Origin: an uncultured Roseivirgaceae bacterium
GTDB taxonomy: Bacteria; Bacteroidota; Bacteroidia; Cytophagales; Cyclobacteriaceae
Length of the DNA stretch: 64,000 nt
Assembly: GCA_964459925.1 (NCBI GenBank)
Contig: CAYWOQ010000003.1
Coordinates: forward strand, 14,304 to 78,303
Direction of reading: 5' to 3'
Part shown: positions 38,747-47,017 of the stretch, piece after piece
Layout: each line of letters opens with the position of its first letter
Position numbering within the stretch: the stretch's first letter is position 1
Notes under the pieces: generated by a model
Told to the model about the DNA's origin: nothing
What the model saw: the letters and a program-made list of their open reading frames with translations, nothing else
The model's database searches: none
Position numbers and translations under genes: made by a program

Positions 38747-40444
38747 TTATGCATCAAAACGAATATCCTTCAAGTTTAATACCAAGGTTCGATTACCCAT
38801 GTAATTATTTTCCTCCAGGTGATAAGCGATATCAAAAGGTTGTCCAATTTTGATTTCATTAAATTTTTCTGATAGACCAAAACCAATGAATTCACAATAC
38901 TTGGATTCCCCCTTCTCATGCAAGAATCCCTTTATGTGTTTTTCCTTCAAGATTGTAGGTTGGGAATCCATTATAACACCATTAGTAGCAAAAACCGGAG
39001 ATAGGTTCTGAGGACCAAATGGTGCCATTTGATTCATCACATTAAAAGTTTTAAAATTGATGTAAGAAAGCGGAATTTCTGTATCGATCAATACTTTTGG
39101 AATAAGTTGATCTGGTAGAATGCTTTCTGAAACCACTTCTTCAAATCGATCGCTGAACTTTTCAACGTTATCAATTGCAAGGGTTAATCCTGCAGCGTGT
39201 GTATGTCCCCCATATTGATCAAGCAGATCACCACATTTTGAAATGGCCTCATATAGATCGAATCCATCCACTGACCTGGCTGATCCAGTGGCTTTGCCAT
39301 TAGACTCGGTTAAAATAACGGTAGGCTTGTAGTGATGTTCAATGCAACGAGAAGCAACGATACCGATCACCCCTTTGTGCCAGTCTTCTTTAAAGAGTAC
39401 TGTTGACTTGCGCTCTTCTTTGATTTCATCGATCATCTCCAATGCTTCTGAAGTGATGCTTTGGTCAAATGCTCTCCGCTCATTATTTTTCGTATTCAGA
39501 TCAACAGCATAGTCTTCTGTCCTTTCCCCATCATTGATCAATAATTTTACAGACTCTTTTGCGTGAGATAACCTTCCAGCAGCATTAATCCTTGGGCCGA
39601 TGGAAAAAACAACATCTGAGACGTTAAACTTATTTTTTTTACCACTTATTTCAATGAGTGACTTTAATCCTGCCGTTGGAGAATCGTTCAACTTTTTTAG
39701 ACCATAGTATGCAAGAATTCGATTCTCACCAACCATTGGAACAATATCACTTGCTATGCTAACTGCAACTAAATCCAGGTATTGATATAGTTTCTCTTTC
39801 TCAATTGTATTTTGCTGACAAAAACCCTCCAGAAGTTTAAAACCAACCCCACATCCAGAAAGCTCCTGAAATGGATAATCACAATCCTTTCTTTTCGGAT
39901 CCAGCACAGCCAAGGCATCTGGTAACTTATCTCCCGGTAAGTGGTGATCACAGATAATCACGTCGACTTGCCCATCCTTTGCCTGTTTGACTCTATCCAC
40001 GGCGCGAATTCCGCAATCCAAGGCAATAACCAACCCGTAACCATTTTCAATGGCATAATCGATTCCCTGGGCGGATATACCATATCCTTCAGTGTAGCGA
40101 TCTGGGATATAATAATCGACTTTATCGGAAAAGTGGCTCAAAAAAAGGTAAAGAAGGCTCACAGATGTAGTTCCATCCACATCATAGTCTCCATAGAGTA
40201 AAATTTTATCGTCATTGAAAACTGCTTCTGTTAGTTTGTTGACTGCATCATCCATGTCCTTCATAAGGAATGGATCATGTAGGTGGTTGAGTGACGGCCG
40301 AAAGAAGTCTTTGGCTTTATCGAACGTATCGACTCCTCTTTGCACCAAAATCTTGGCTAAGTAAGAATTTACATTTATTGAGCTGCTTAATTCATCAACT
40401 TTTCTTGAATCCGGAGATTCTTTTATGACCCATTTTCTTTCCAC
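38747..40444 (-). CDS. recJ: ssDNA-specific exonuclease RecJ
   Basis: YGDYDVDG, YIPDRYTEGYG, CDHH (DHH), PRINAAGR, GGHTHAAG. Confidence 0.96.
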   Translation of the reverse strand: MERKWVIKESPDSRKVDELSSSINVNSYLAKILVQRGVDTFDKAKDFFRPSLNHLHDPFLMKDMDDAVNKLTEAVFNDDKILLYGDYDVDGTTSVSLLYLFLSHFSDKVDYYIPDRYTEGYGISAQGIDYAIENGYGLVIALDCGIRAVDRVKQAKDGQVDVIICDHHLPGDKLPDALAVLDPKRKDCDYPFQELSGCGVGFKLLEGFCQQNTIEKEKLYQYLDLVAVSIASDIVPMVGENRILAYYGLKKLNDSPTAGLKSLIEISGKKNKFNVSDVVFSIGPRINAAGRLSHAKESVKLLINDGERTEDYAVDLNTKNNERRAFDQSITSEALEMIDEIKEERKSTVLFKEDWHKGVIGIVASRCIEHHYKPTVILTESNGKATGSARSVDGFDLYEAISKCGDLLDQYGGHTHAAGLTLAIDNVEKFSDRFEEVVSESILPDQLIPKVLIDTEIPLSYINFKTFNVMNQMAPFGPQNLSPVFATNGVIMDSQPTILKEKHIKGFLHEKGESKYCEFIGFGLSEKFNEIKIGQPFDIAYHLEENNYMGNRTLVLNLKDIRFDA

Positions 40445-40515
40445 AGGATGAAGTTAGGAAAAGTGAATATCGTGAAGTGTGAATCATTGTATTATTTTGA
40501 CAATGCTTAAGTAAA

Positions 40516-41151
40516 ATGAAAATAGCACTTACAGAAATATGGAATTTTCTTTCTCTGATTGAAAATCCGGAGAAAGACCGTTGGAATTACTCGTTGATGG
40601 CTGGAGATGTCATGATTAATAATATCCATACAGATATTATGCTTCAATTAGAGAAAGATACCAGCTTTGATACAGAATTGCTCCCATCTATTTTCACTTT
40701 TAGAGAAATTTTATGGCAACCTGATGTTTTCACTGAAGTTTCCATGAGTTTGCCTTCATTAAGAGTCCTCAGAGCCTATTGTGCCGATTTAATCGTAGAA
40801 CTTGAGGATAATGAAACGGCCACAACGACTATTTATATCCCTTTACTGAAGGGACTTGGTAAGTGTACAATAAAAGCAATAAATGAGCTTGACGCAGATA
40901 AGCCTGATGTCAGAAAAGTGCTGGGAACGTTTAGAACCAGTACATTCCCAATCATTAAGTTTTTTATCTTCCACCCCATGAATCGCCCTGATTACTTGGC
41001 GGATGCAATTAACCGGCTCAACTATGCGGTAAAGATCATGCTAACTGAGTTCAATGGAAAATACACCTCACTTGAAGATCCTTACTGGCTTGTAAATTAT
41101 GAGGAGGTCAAAACATTAAAAAAATTAGAAAACCAGGAAAGCGAACAATAA
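40516..41151 (+). CDS. Hypothetical cytoplasmic protein
   Basis: 211-aa ORF with ATG start, first of three co-oriented genes ending in hemH; no motif recognised. Confidence 0.6.
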   Translation: MKIALTEIWNFLSLIENPEKDRWNYSLMAGDVMINNIHTDIMLQLEKDTSFDTELLPSIFTFREILWQPDVFTEVSMSLPSLRVLRAYCADLIVELEDNETATTTIYIPLLKGLGKCTIKAINELDADKPDVRKVLGTFRTSTFPIIKFFIFHPMNRPDYLADAINRLNYAVKIMLTEFNGKYTSLEDPYWLVNYEEVKTLKKLENQESEQ

Positions 41152-41177
41152 TTTAGCAAATTCTGTTTACCACTTCC

Positions 41178-41768
41178 ATGGCCAAAAAAGAGCAAAAACC
41201 GCTACCTGATCGTAATAGATTTCTAATAAGAAACCTATTAAAAGGTCTTCTTTGGCTTACTGTTATTGTTGCGGGGTACCTGTACTTAAGGAAGAATCAT
41301 GACTTTACGCTTGAAACAGTCTTAGGACCTTTCTATAATGTTCCTTCTGTTATCTACTTCATCTTTCTTTCTTCAGAAGTGATCTTCGGTATTATACCTC
41401 CGGAATTTTTTATGATCTGGTCTTTACGCAGCGAAATTATTTGGAATTATGTCAACAATATCATCGCGCTTTCTGTCATTTCATACATCGCTGGGGTCAT
41501 TGGGTTTGGCATTGGTGCTTACTTAAAAAACACCCGTTTTTACCGGATCATGAAGATTCGTGTTTTTGGAAAATTCGAAAAACATTTGAATTACTACGGT
41601 GGTTTTTTGGTGGTTGTAGCTGCTCTTACTCCGCTTCCTTTTTCCGGGATAGCCATGCTGGTGGGTTCAGTACATTATTCATTTAGAAAGTATTTATGGT
41701 TTTCACTTTTTCGATTTGTCCGCTTTATCGCTTATGGGATCGTGATCTGGGAAGCACATATTTTGTGA
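41178..41768 (+). CDS. DedA/VTT (SNARE-associated)-like membrane protein
   Basis: Hydrophobic helices; YYGGFLVVVAALTPLPFS..FRFVRF motif. Confidence 0.7.
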   Translation: MAKKEQKPLPDRNRFLIRNLLKGLLWLTVIVAGYLYLRKNHDFTLETVLGPFYNVPSVIYFIFLSSEVIFGIIPPEFFMIWSLRSEIIWNYVNNIIALSVISYIAGVIGFGIGAYLKNTRFYRIMKIRVFGKFEKHLNYYGGFLVVVAALTPLPFSGIAMLVGSVHYSFRKYLWFSLFRFVRFIAYGIVIWEAHIL

Positions 41769-41778
41769 TTAATCAATA

Positions 41779-42792
41779 ATGAAAAAAAAAGGCGTACTAC
41801 TTGTCAATCTGGGTACACCAGATTCAACCAAAACTTCTGACGTTAGGAAATATCTAAGAGAGTTTTTGATGGATAAACGGGTTGTAGATATCCCGTCTTT
41901 TCCCAGGTGGTTGTTAGTTAATGGAATAATTGCCCCGTTCAGAGCACCAAAATCAGCAGCAGAGTATCGAAAACTTTTTGACGAGAGAGGGTCTCCACTA
42001 AAATACTACACAGAGGACATTACTCATTTATTGAGAGAAAAATTGAGTGATAAATACGTCGTAAAATATGCTATGCGCTATCAAAGTCCTTCACTTGAGT
42101 CGGTACTTGATGAGTTTAAAGAACAAGTGGCGAGCATTCATGTCATCCCCTTATTTCCTCAATATGCCTCCGCAACCACAGGTTCTGTCATAGATAAAGT
42201 GATGGAGATTACTAAAAAATGGCAGGTAATCCCCGATATTCAGTTTACTGCACAATTTCTAGAAGAGGAGCTATTTATTGATACGATAGTTGATCAAGGA
42301 AAGAGATTGATGAAAAATGGTGATTATGAGCATTTTGTGTTCAGCTACCACGGGTTGCCAGAAAGACAAATAAGAAAAGCTTCATACGGCAAATACTGTC
42401 AACTTGGAAAATGCTGTGGAAGCTTAAATGAAAAAAATCGCTACTGCTACCGAGCACAATGTTTTGAGACTACTCGGTTGGTCGTAAAAAAGCTTGGAAT
42501 AAAAGAGGAAGATTACACCGTGTGCTTCCAATCAAGGTTGGGTAAAGACCCGTGGGTAAAACCCTATACAGAAGATGTATTAAAAGAGCTAGCTCATAAG
42601 GGTGTCAAAAAAGTCCTGGCATTTTCTCCGGCGTTTGTTTCTGACTGTTTAGAGACAACCATTGAGGTCGGTCAAGAATACCAGGAGGAATTTTTAGAAG
42701 AAGGGGGTGAAAAATGGGATTTAGTGCCTAGCTTAAACAAAGAAGATAAGTGGGTAGAGTGTCTGAGGAGCCTTGTTGAAAAAAATAGTTAG
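41779..42792 (+). CDS. hemH: Ferrochelatase
   Basis: LLVNLGTP, FSYHGLP, FQSRLG, FVSDCLET. Confidence 0.95.
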   Translation: MKKKGVLLVNLGTPDSTKTSDVRKYLREFLMDKRVVDIPSFPRWLLVNGIIAPFRAPKSAAEYRKLFDERGSPLKYYTEDITHLLREKLSDKYVVKYAMRYQSPSLESVLDEFKEQVASIHVIPLFPQYASATTGSVIDKVMEITKKWQVIPDIQFTAQFLEEELFIDTIVDQGKRLMKNGDYEHFVFSYHGLPERQIRKASYGKYCQLGKCCGSLNEKNRYCYRAQCFETTRLVVKKLGIKEEDYTVCFQSRLGKDPWVKPYTEDVLKELAHKGVKKVLAFSPAFVSDCLETTIEVGQEYQEEFLEEGGEKWDLVPSLNKEDKWVECLRSLVEKNS

Positions 42793-42928
42793 TCATAAGT
42801 TACGCCCACTTTAGGCATTTAAAACCTTGTCTTCCCCTAAAGCAATTGACTTTATTTACACATTTTGTTCTTTTCATTAGGGGCATCGCTGTAAGGTATT
42901 TCCATATTCTCAACTAACTAATACCTAC

Positions 42929-43870
42929 ATGCGAACCATATTTACGCTACTTGCTGTCTCTGTCTCGTACATTACTTTTAGTCAAAACACCGTCTATTTT
43001 CCGGGCTTTGAAATGATTAATGTAGAAGGCAGCGAGGGTCTTCAATACTCTGTCTCTAAATTGATCAAAGCCTATATCGAAGACAATCATGACTTCACAA
43101 TTATCTTGGAACCATCCATTGGATCGACTGGCTATGATGTAAAGCGTGTATTACCCAATAGCTCTAAAAAGGCATTGGAGTTAAATGCTCGATATGTCAT
43201 GCAAGGGGAAATTCATTTTTTAGAAGGAGTTTACATTGTCGCTTTGGGCGTTTACGAGTCAAGAAGTAACGAACGAGTATGGCATGATATGGCAAAGGGG
43301 GTGGTAGAACAAGACCTGGATGCACTGCTCTCCAGACTGGGTAGGTCATTTTTAACGAACAAAACCGCAAAAGCGGACATCAATATTGATGAGGTGACTG
43401 AATACGATCAACAAGGAGTGGAATTGGCACAAATCAAGGTCAATCAATTCTTTGGGGTAATGTTGGGAGGCAAGTATGTTCCAAATGAGACTGTTCTTTC
43501 GGGTATTGGAATTGCATACACGTATGATGCTAGCACTGTTCTTTTCAATTTTGACTTTGAACTGTATCCTTCTTCTAACTTATTGTCATCCACAAACTCA
43601 GAAACTCGAAAAATTCAAAATGGAACGATCAACCTGGGTGTGACTTATCCATTTACCAGGAAAAGATCCACTGTCTATATAAACGGAGGAATGGAATATG
43701 GATACACACGGGCAGGCATAGGTGCATTTGTAGGTGCTGGAGTCTTGATCAACAGAAACTCTACGGTGAACCTGCGACTATTTACAGCCCTATCAATGCC
43801 ATTCTATGAAGCAGACTATACCAATCTAACCGGAATCAAATTTGGAATAGTAACGTCTTTTGCCAGGTAA
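42929..43870 (+). CDS. Exported protein: CsgG/TolB-N-like alpha/beta domain + small OM beta-barrel
   Basis: Signal peptide; N-half alpha/beta pattern; C-half alternating strands ending FGIVTSF. Confidence 0.5.
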   Translation: MRTIFTLLAVSVSYITFSQNTVYFPGFEMINVEGSEGLQYSVSKLIKAYIEDNHDFTIILEPSIGSTGYDVKRVLPNSSKKALELNARYVMQGEIHFLEGVYIVALGVYESRSNERVWHDMAKGVVEQDLDALLSRLGRSFLTNKTAKADINIDEVTEYDQQGVELAQIKVNQFFGVMLGGKYVPNETVLSGIGIAYTYDASTVLFNFDFELYPSSNLLSSTNSETRKIQNGTINLGVTYPFTRKRSTVYINGGMEYGYTRAGIGAFVGAGVLINRNSTVNLRLFTALSMPFYEADYTNLTGIKFGIVTSFAR

Positions 43871-43890
43871 TTCCAAATTCGAATATTGAG

Positions 43891-44325
43891 TCAATTACTT
43901 TTTATTGATTGCCAGTTTTTATCCGCTTGATCAATGAATGCTTCACGATTATTATCCCACTTTTTCTGAATGGATTTATTGTAATTCAAAAAGAGACGAT
44001 CATCCACAATTGACCATGCGGTTGGGTCTGTTTTGGCGGTGTATCCATTTGCCACAGCATATGCACAATATCCTCCATATTGAGGAGTATACTTTTCTGG
44101 ATTTACTTCAAACCTTTCTTTGTTCTCTTCTGAGGCAAAATACCATACGGCACCTTCCCATACTAAACTATATTTTTCATTTCCTTTAACAGGTGCTTGC
44201 TCTACAAAATAAGCAACCGGATCATAGCCATGGATAGCTCCATCTTTGGTGGAAAATATTGCTCCCTTTTGAGCGATGGAACAGAGGTTAAGCAGAATCA
44301 GATTAACTATAAATAGTGTTCGCAC
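43891..44325 (-). CDS. YHS domain protein (Cys form of the YHS (seleno)protein family)
   Basis: AIHGYDPVAYF, WYFASEENK, PQYGGYCAY; signal peptide; GTG start. Confidence 0.88.
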   Translation of the reverse strand: MRTLFIVNLILLNLCSIAQKGAIFSTKDGAIHGYDPVAYFVEQAPVKGNEKYSLVWEGAVWYFASEENKERFEVNPEKYTPQYGGYCAYAVANGYTAKTDPTAWSIVDDRLFLNYNKSIQKKWDNNREAFIDQADKNWQSIKSN

Positions 44326-44467
44326 GATGGTAATTTACTTTTCTGCCTAAGATGAAAGAATTGAATCGATTGACCAAGAGGGAGGCAAGTTTCTAAGAAG
44401 CTTTGTCAAGCAGTTGTCATTAAAATTCTAACTTTAAGAGTTATTACACCACTATTAGATTCTTAAT

Positions 44468-44827
44468 ATGTCCATTAGCCACTTTGCACATAAAACTGTA
44501 CCTATCATGTTTGCAGACTATCGAGAATGCAAAACACCTGAGCAACAATTGGCTTTACTTGAGGAGGTTGCCAAAACCATGAAATCACATCCAGAGGTTA
44601 GGTTATTAGTGGATTATACAGGTATTACAGCAGGACCCAATTATATGTCCAAGCTAAAGGAGTACGGAAACACGGTATTTAAAAAGCACATGAAATGTTC
44701 GGCAGTTCTTGGCGTAACCGGTCTGAAAAAAATTCTCTTCAATGGCTATCAATTAGCAACAGGGGCAAAAAACATAAAAGCTTTTGGAAGCAAAGATGAA
44801 GCATTGGATTGGCTGGTGAATTATTAG
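44468..44827 (+). CDS. Stand-alone STAS/SpoIIAA-like small protein
   Basis: 119 aa; LLVDYT, AVLG, terminal AFGSKDEALDWL motif. Confidence 0.6.
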   Translation: MSISHFAHKTVPIMFADYRECKTPEQQLALLEEVAKTMKSHPEVRLLVDYTGITAGPNYMSKLKEYGNTVFKKHMKCSAVLGVTGLKKILFNGYQLATGAKNIKAFGSKDEALDWLVNY

Positions 44828-44832
44828 AAAAG

Positions 44833-45015
44833 TCACCTAAGAACTCTGGATGGTAACAAAAACAACGCTTTGATGAATTGAAGAACACCTTCCACAGCAA
44901 AACCTAAAATTCGGAAGGGAAGCAAAATCAGCCAGATAAAAGGATATAGGAACAAAATGGCTAGAGCAAGTGGCCAGCAAAACACTAAAAGAATTAACCA
45001 AAGTAATAATCTCAT
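44833..45015 (-). CDS. Conserved small membrane protein (60 aa)
   Basis: CWPLALA.L.LYP..WLILLPFR..G.AVEGV pattern recalled from diverse bacteria. Confidence 0.7.
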   Translation of the reverse strand: MRLLLWLILLVFCWPLALAILFLYPFIWLILLPFRILGFAVEGVLQFIKALFLLPSRVLR

Positions 45016-45157
45016 AAGTACTGATACGCCCTAGCCAATAGGTTGGTTATCTGGTCATAATCGGACATAGTAATGGAACTTATCCCATATTTTAATTCTT
45101 AGGTAGAAACAAAATATTCTTTTAACACATATTACTTTTTGATTTCGTTAATTCGTA

Positions 45158-46072
45158 TTGTTTTTAAACCGATGCCGCCAATTGCTGATGAAGATTGCAG
45201 AAAAAATTGCCGCTTTTTCAACAAACCTTAAACAAGAGTATGATCTTTCTTATGCTATGCGTATTCGAAAGAATGCGATAGTTTTTTCCACTATTCTTCT
45301 ATTTTTATTTTTGATATTGGAATTTACAGTAGACCTTTCGTCGACTACTTTTCCCTTACTGATCTCTTTTTTTGTTGCCAATCTTTTTCTAGCAGTACTT
45401 TCAAAAAGAGCTCAGAATACTTATTGGCATGGTCATATACAGGTCTTCTTATTCTTCTTACTGATCGAGGCTCATATTCTTTTCAACCCACAATTATTTC
45501 ATACACTGGTATTCTGGACGCCATTCGTACCAATGTTGAGTATTTTTTTAATAAGCTTCCGAGCTTCTATCGTTTGGTTGATTATCACATTACTATCAAT
45601 AATTGTCAATGGATTTTATGGCTATCTAGTGGTTGGTCCTGAATACTTACTAGAAGCTAGATACGTTTCCTTCGCTTCAGGAGGTTTGATTTTCGTTGTG
45701 GGTTTTTATATAACGTACGTTCTCATGTATAACCTAATTGGTCATTACTACTTATTTCAACAGGAAAAAAAAGAAGAAATAAGTAGGCTTAACGATAGGT
45801 TAAATGATCTCAATGTCAACCTGGAGAAAAAAGTGGAAGAGAAGGTTGCTGATATACAATCTAAGAATAAGCGTTTAGAGAAATATTCATTCATGAATGC
45901 ACATATCGTAAGAGCTCCCTTGGCAAACATTATGGGAGCCATGGATTTGTATTACCAAACCGAGGACCTCAGCAAAAAAGAGGATTTATTGGAAATGGTA
46001 GAGGAGAGTGCACACAAGTTAGACCAGGCAGTCCGTGAAGTTGCGCAAGATCTCCACTATAAGCCTGAATAA
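45158..46072 (+). CDS. Membrane sensor with HisKA-like helix pair but no HATPase domain
   Basis: About 5 TM helices, coiled coil, FMNAHIVRAPLANIMG H-box, stop about 45 aa later; start may be ATG at 45188. Confidence 0.7.
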   Translation: MFLNRCRQLLMKIAEKIAAFSTNLKQEYDLSYAMRIRKNAIVFSTILLFLFLILEFTVDLSSTTFPLLISFFVANLFLAVLSKRAQNTYWHGHIQVFLFFLLIEAHILFNPQLFHTLVFWTPFVPMLSIFLISFRASIVWLIITLLSIIVNGFYGYLVVGPEYLLEARYVSFASGGLIFVVGFYITYVLMYNLIGHYYLFQQEKKEEISRLNDRLNDLNVNLEKKVEEKVADIQSKNKRLEKYSFMNAHIVRAPLANIMGAMDLYYQTEDLSKKEDLLEMVEESAHKLDQAVREVAQDLHYKPE

Positions 46073-46075
46073 AAC

Positions 46076-46174
46076 CTATTTTTTCTGTTTCACTTTCTTT
46101 TCACTGCCATCGCTACCTAAGATGAAATAAAGGAGCAATAGTATCCACCAAAATTCTGCAAAGAAATCTCCCAT
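46076..46174 (-). CDS. Candidate 32-aa single-pass membrane microprotein (not in ORF track)
   Basis: Hand translation MGDFFAEFWWILLLLYFILGSDGSEKKVKQKK; fills an otherwise empty gap; AT-rich leader. Confidence 0.5.
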   Translation of the reverse strand: MGDFFAEFWWILLLLYFILGSDGSEKKVKQKK

Positions 46175-46228
46175 GCTTCTTAAATGTTTACTTAATTAGT
46201 ATTCAAATCGCTTATTTTCTTACAGTTT

Positions 46229-47017
46229 ATGAAATTACCCATCTACCAGGTTGATGCTTTTACAGATCATCTTTTTGCTGGTAATCCGGCTGCAGTAGTT
46301 CCTATTGGAGATAAGTGGCCTATTGATGATGTGCTGCAAAAAATTGCCATAGAAAATAATCTTGCTGAAACGGCCTTTTTTCAGAATCAAGGAAATCACT
46401 TCCAATTGAGATGGTTCACACCTGAGTTTGAAATCGATCTTTGTGGACATGCCACGCTAGCTTCAGCACATATCATCTTTAACTACCTACATTATCCAGG
46501 TGATACGATTATTTTTCACAGCATTAGTGGAGAGCTTGTTGTGACTAAAGTGGATGGGCTGCTTCAATTGGACTTTCCATCCAGAAAACCGGAAGTATCA
46601 AGCATGGATCCAAAGCACCTAAAGGCTTTCAACATACAACCATCAGAAATTCTTAAGTCAAGAGATTACTTTTTGGTTTTCAACTCAGAAGCTGAAGTGA
46701 GATCTCTGAAGGTTAACAGCGGACTGCTTGATCCGACAGATTTCCATAAAGGGGGTATCATTTGTACAGCTAAAGGTGATAATGTGGATTTTGTGTCCCG
46801 TTTCTTTTTACCCGGTGCATCAGTATTTGAAGATCCGGTTACAGGATCCGCTCATTGCTCATTGATCCCATACTGGTCTGAGAAATTAGACAAGGATGAA
46901 ATGATCGCGTTTCAGCTTTCGGATCGAAAGGGTTACCTGACCTGTACCGACAATGGAGATCGTGTATTAATCGCCGGAAACGCAGTAACTTATTTAAAAG
47001 GAGAAATAGAGGTTTAG
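46229..47017 (+). CDS. PhzF-family isomerase
   Basis: QVDAF, NNLAETAF, EIDLCGHATLA, EDPVTGSAH. Confidence 0.92.
   Translation: MKLPIYQVDAFTDHLFAGNPAAVVPIGDKWPIDDVLQKIAIENNLAETAFFQNQGNHFQLRWFTPEFEIDLCGHATLASAHIIFNYLHYPGDTIIFHSISGELVVTKVDGLLQLDFPSRKPEVSSMDPKHLKAFNIQPSEILKSRDYFLVFNSEAEVRSLKVNSGLLDPTDFHKGGIICTAKGDNVDFVSRFFLPGASVFEDPVTGSAHCSLIPYWSEKLDKDEMIAFQLSDRKGYLTCTDNGDRVLIAGNAVTYLKGEIEV

Noticed and set aside
43891-44325. Selenoprotein or stop-codon read-through
   Set aside because: The GGYCAY position is a Cys codon; there is no in-frame TGA.
44343-46127. Repeated 15-mer CT(G/A)CCTAAGATGAAA at 44343 and 46113
   Set aside because: Only two copies, and the second lies inside the candidate 32-aa ORF; chance cannot be excluded.
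46229-47017. Phenazine biosynthesis cluster
   Set aside because: Lone PhzF-family gene with no phzA-E/G neighbours.
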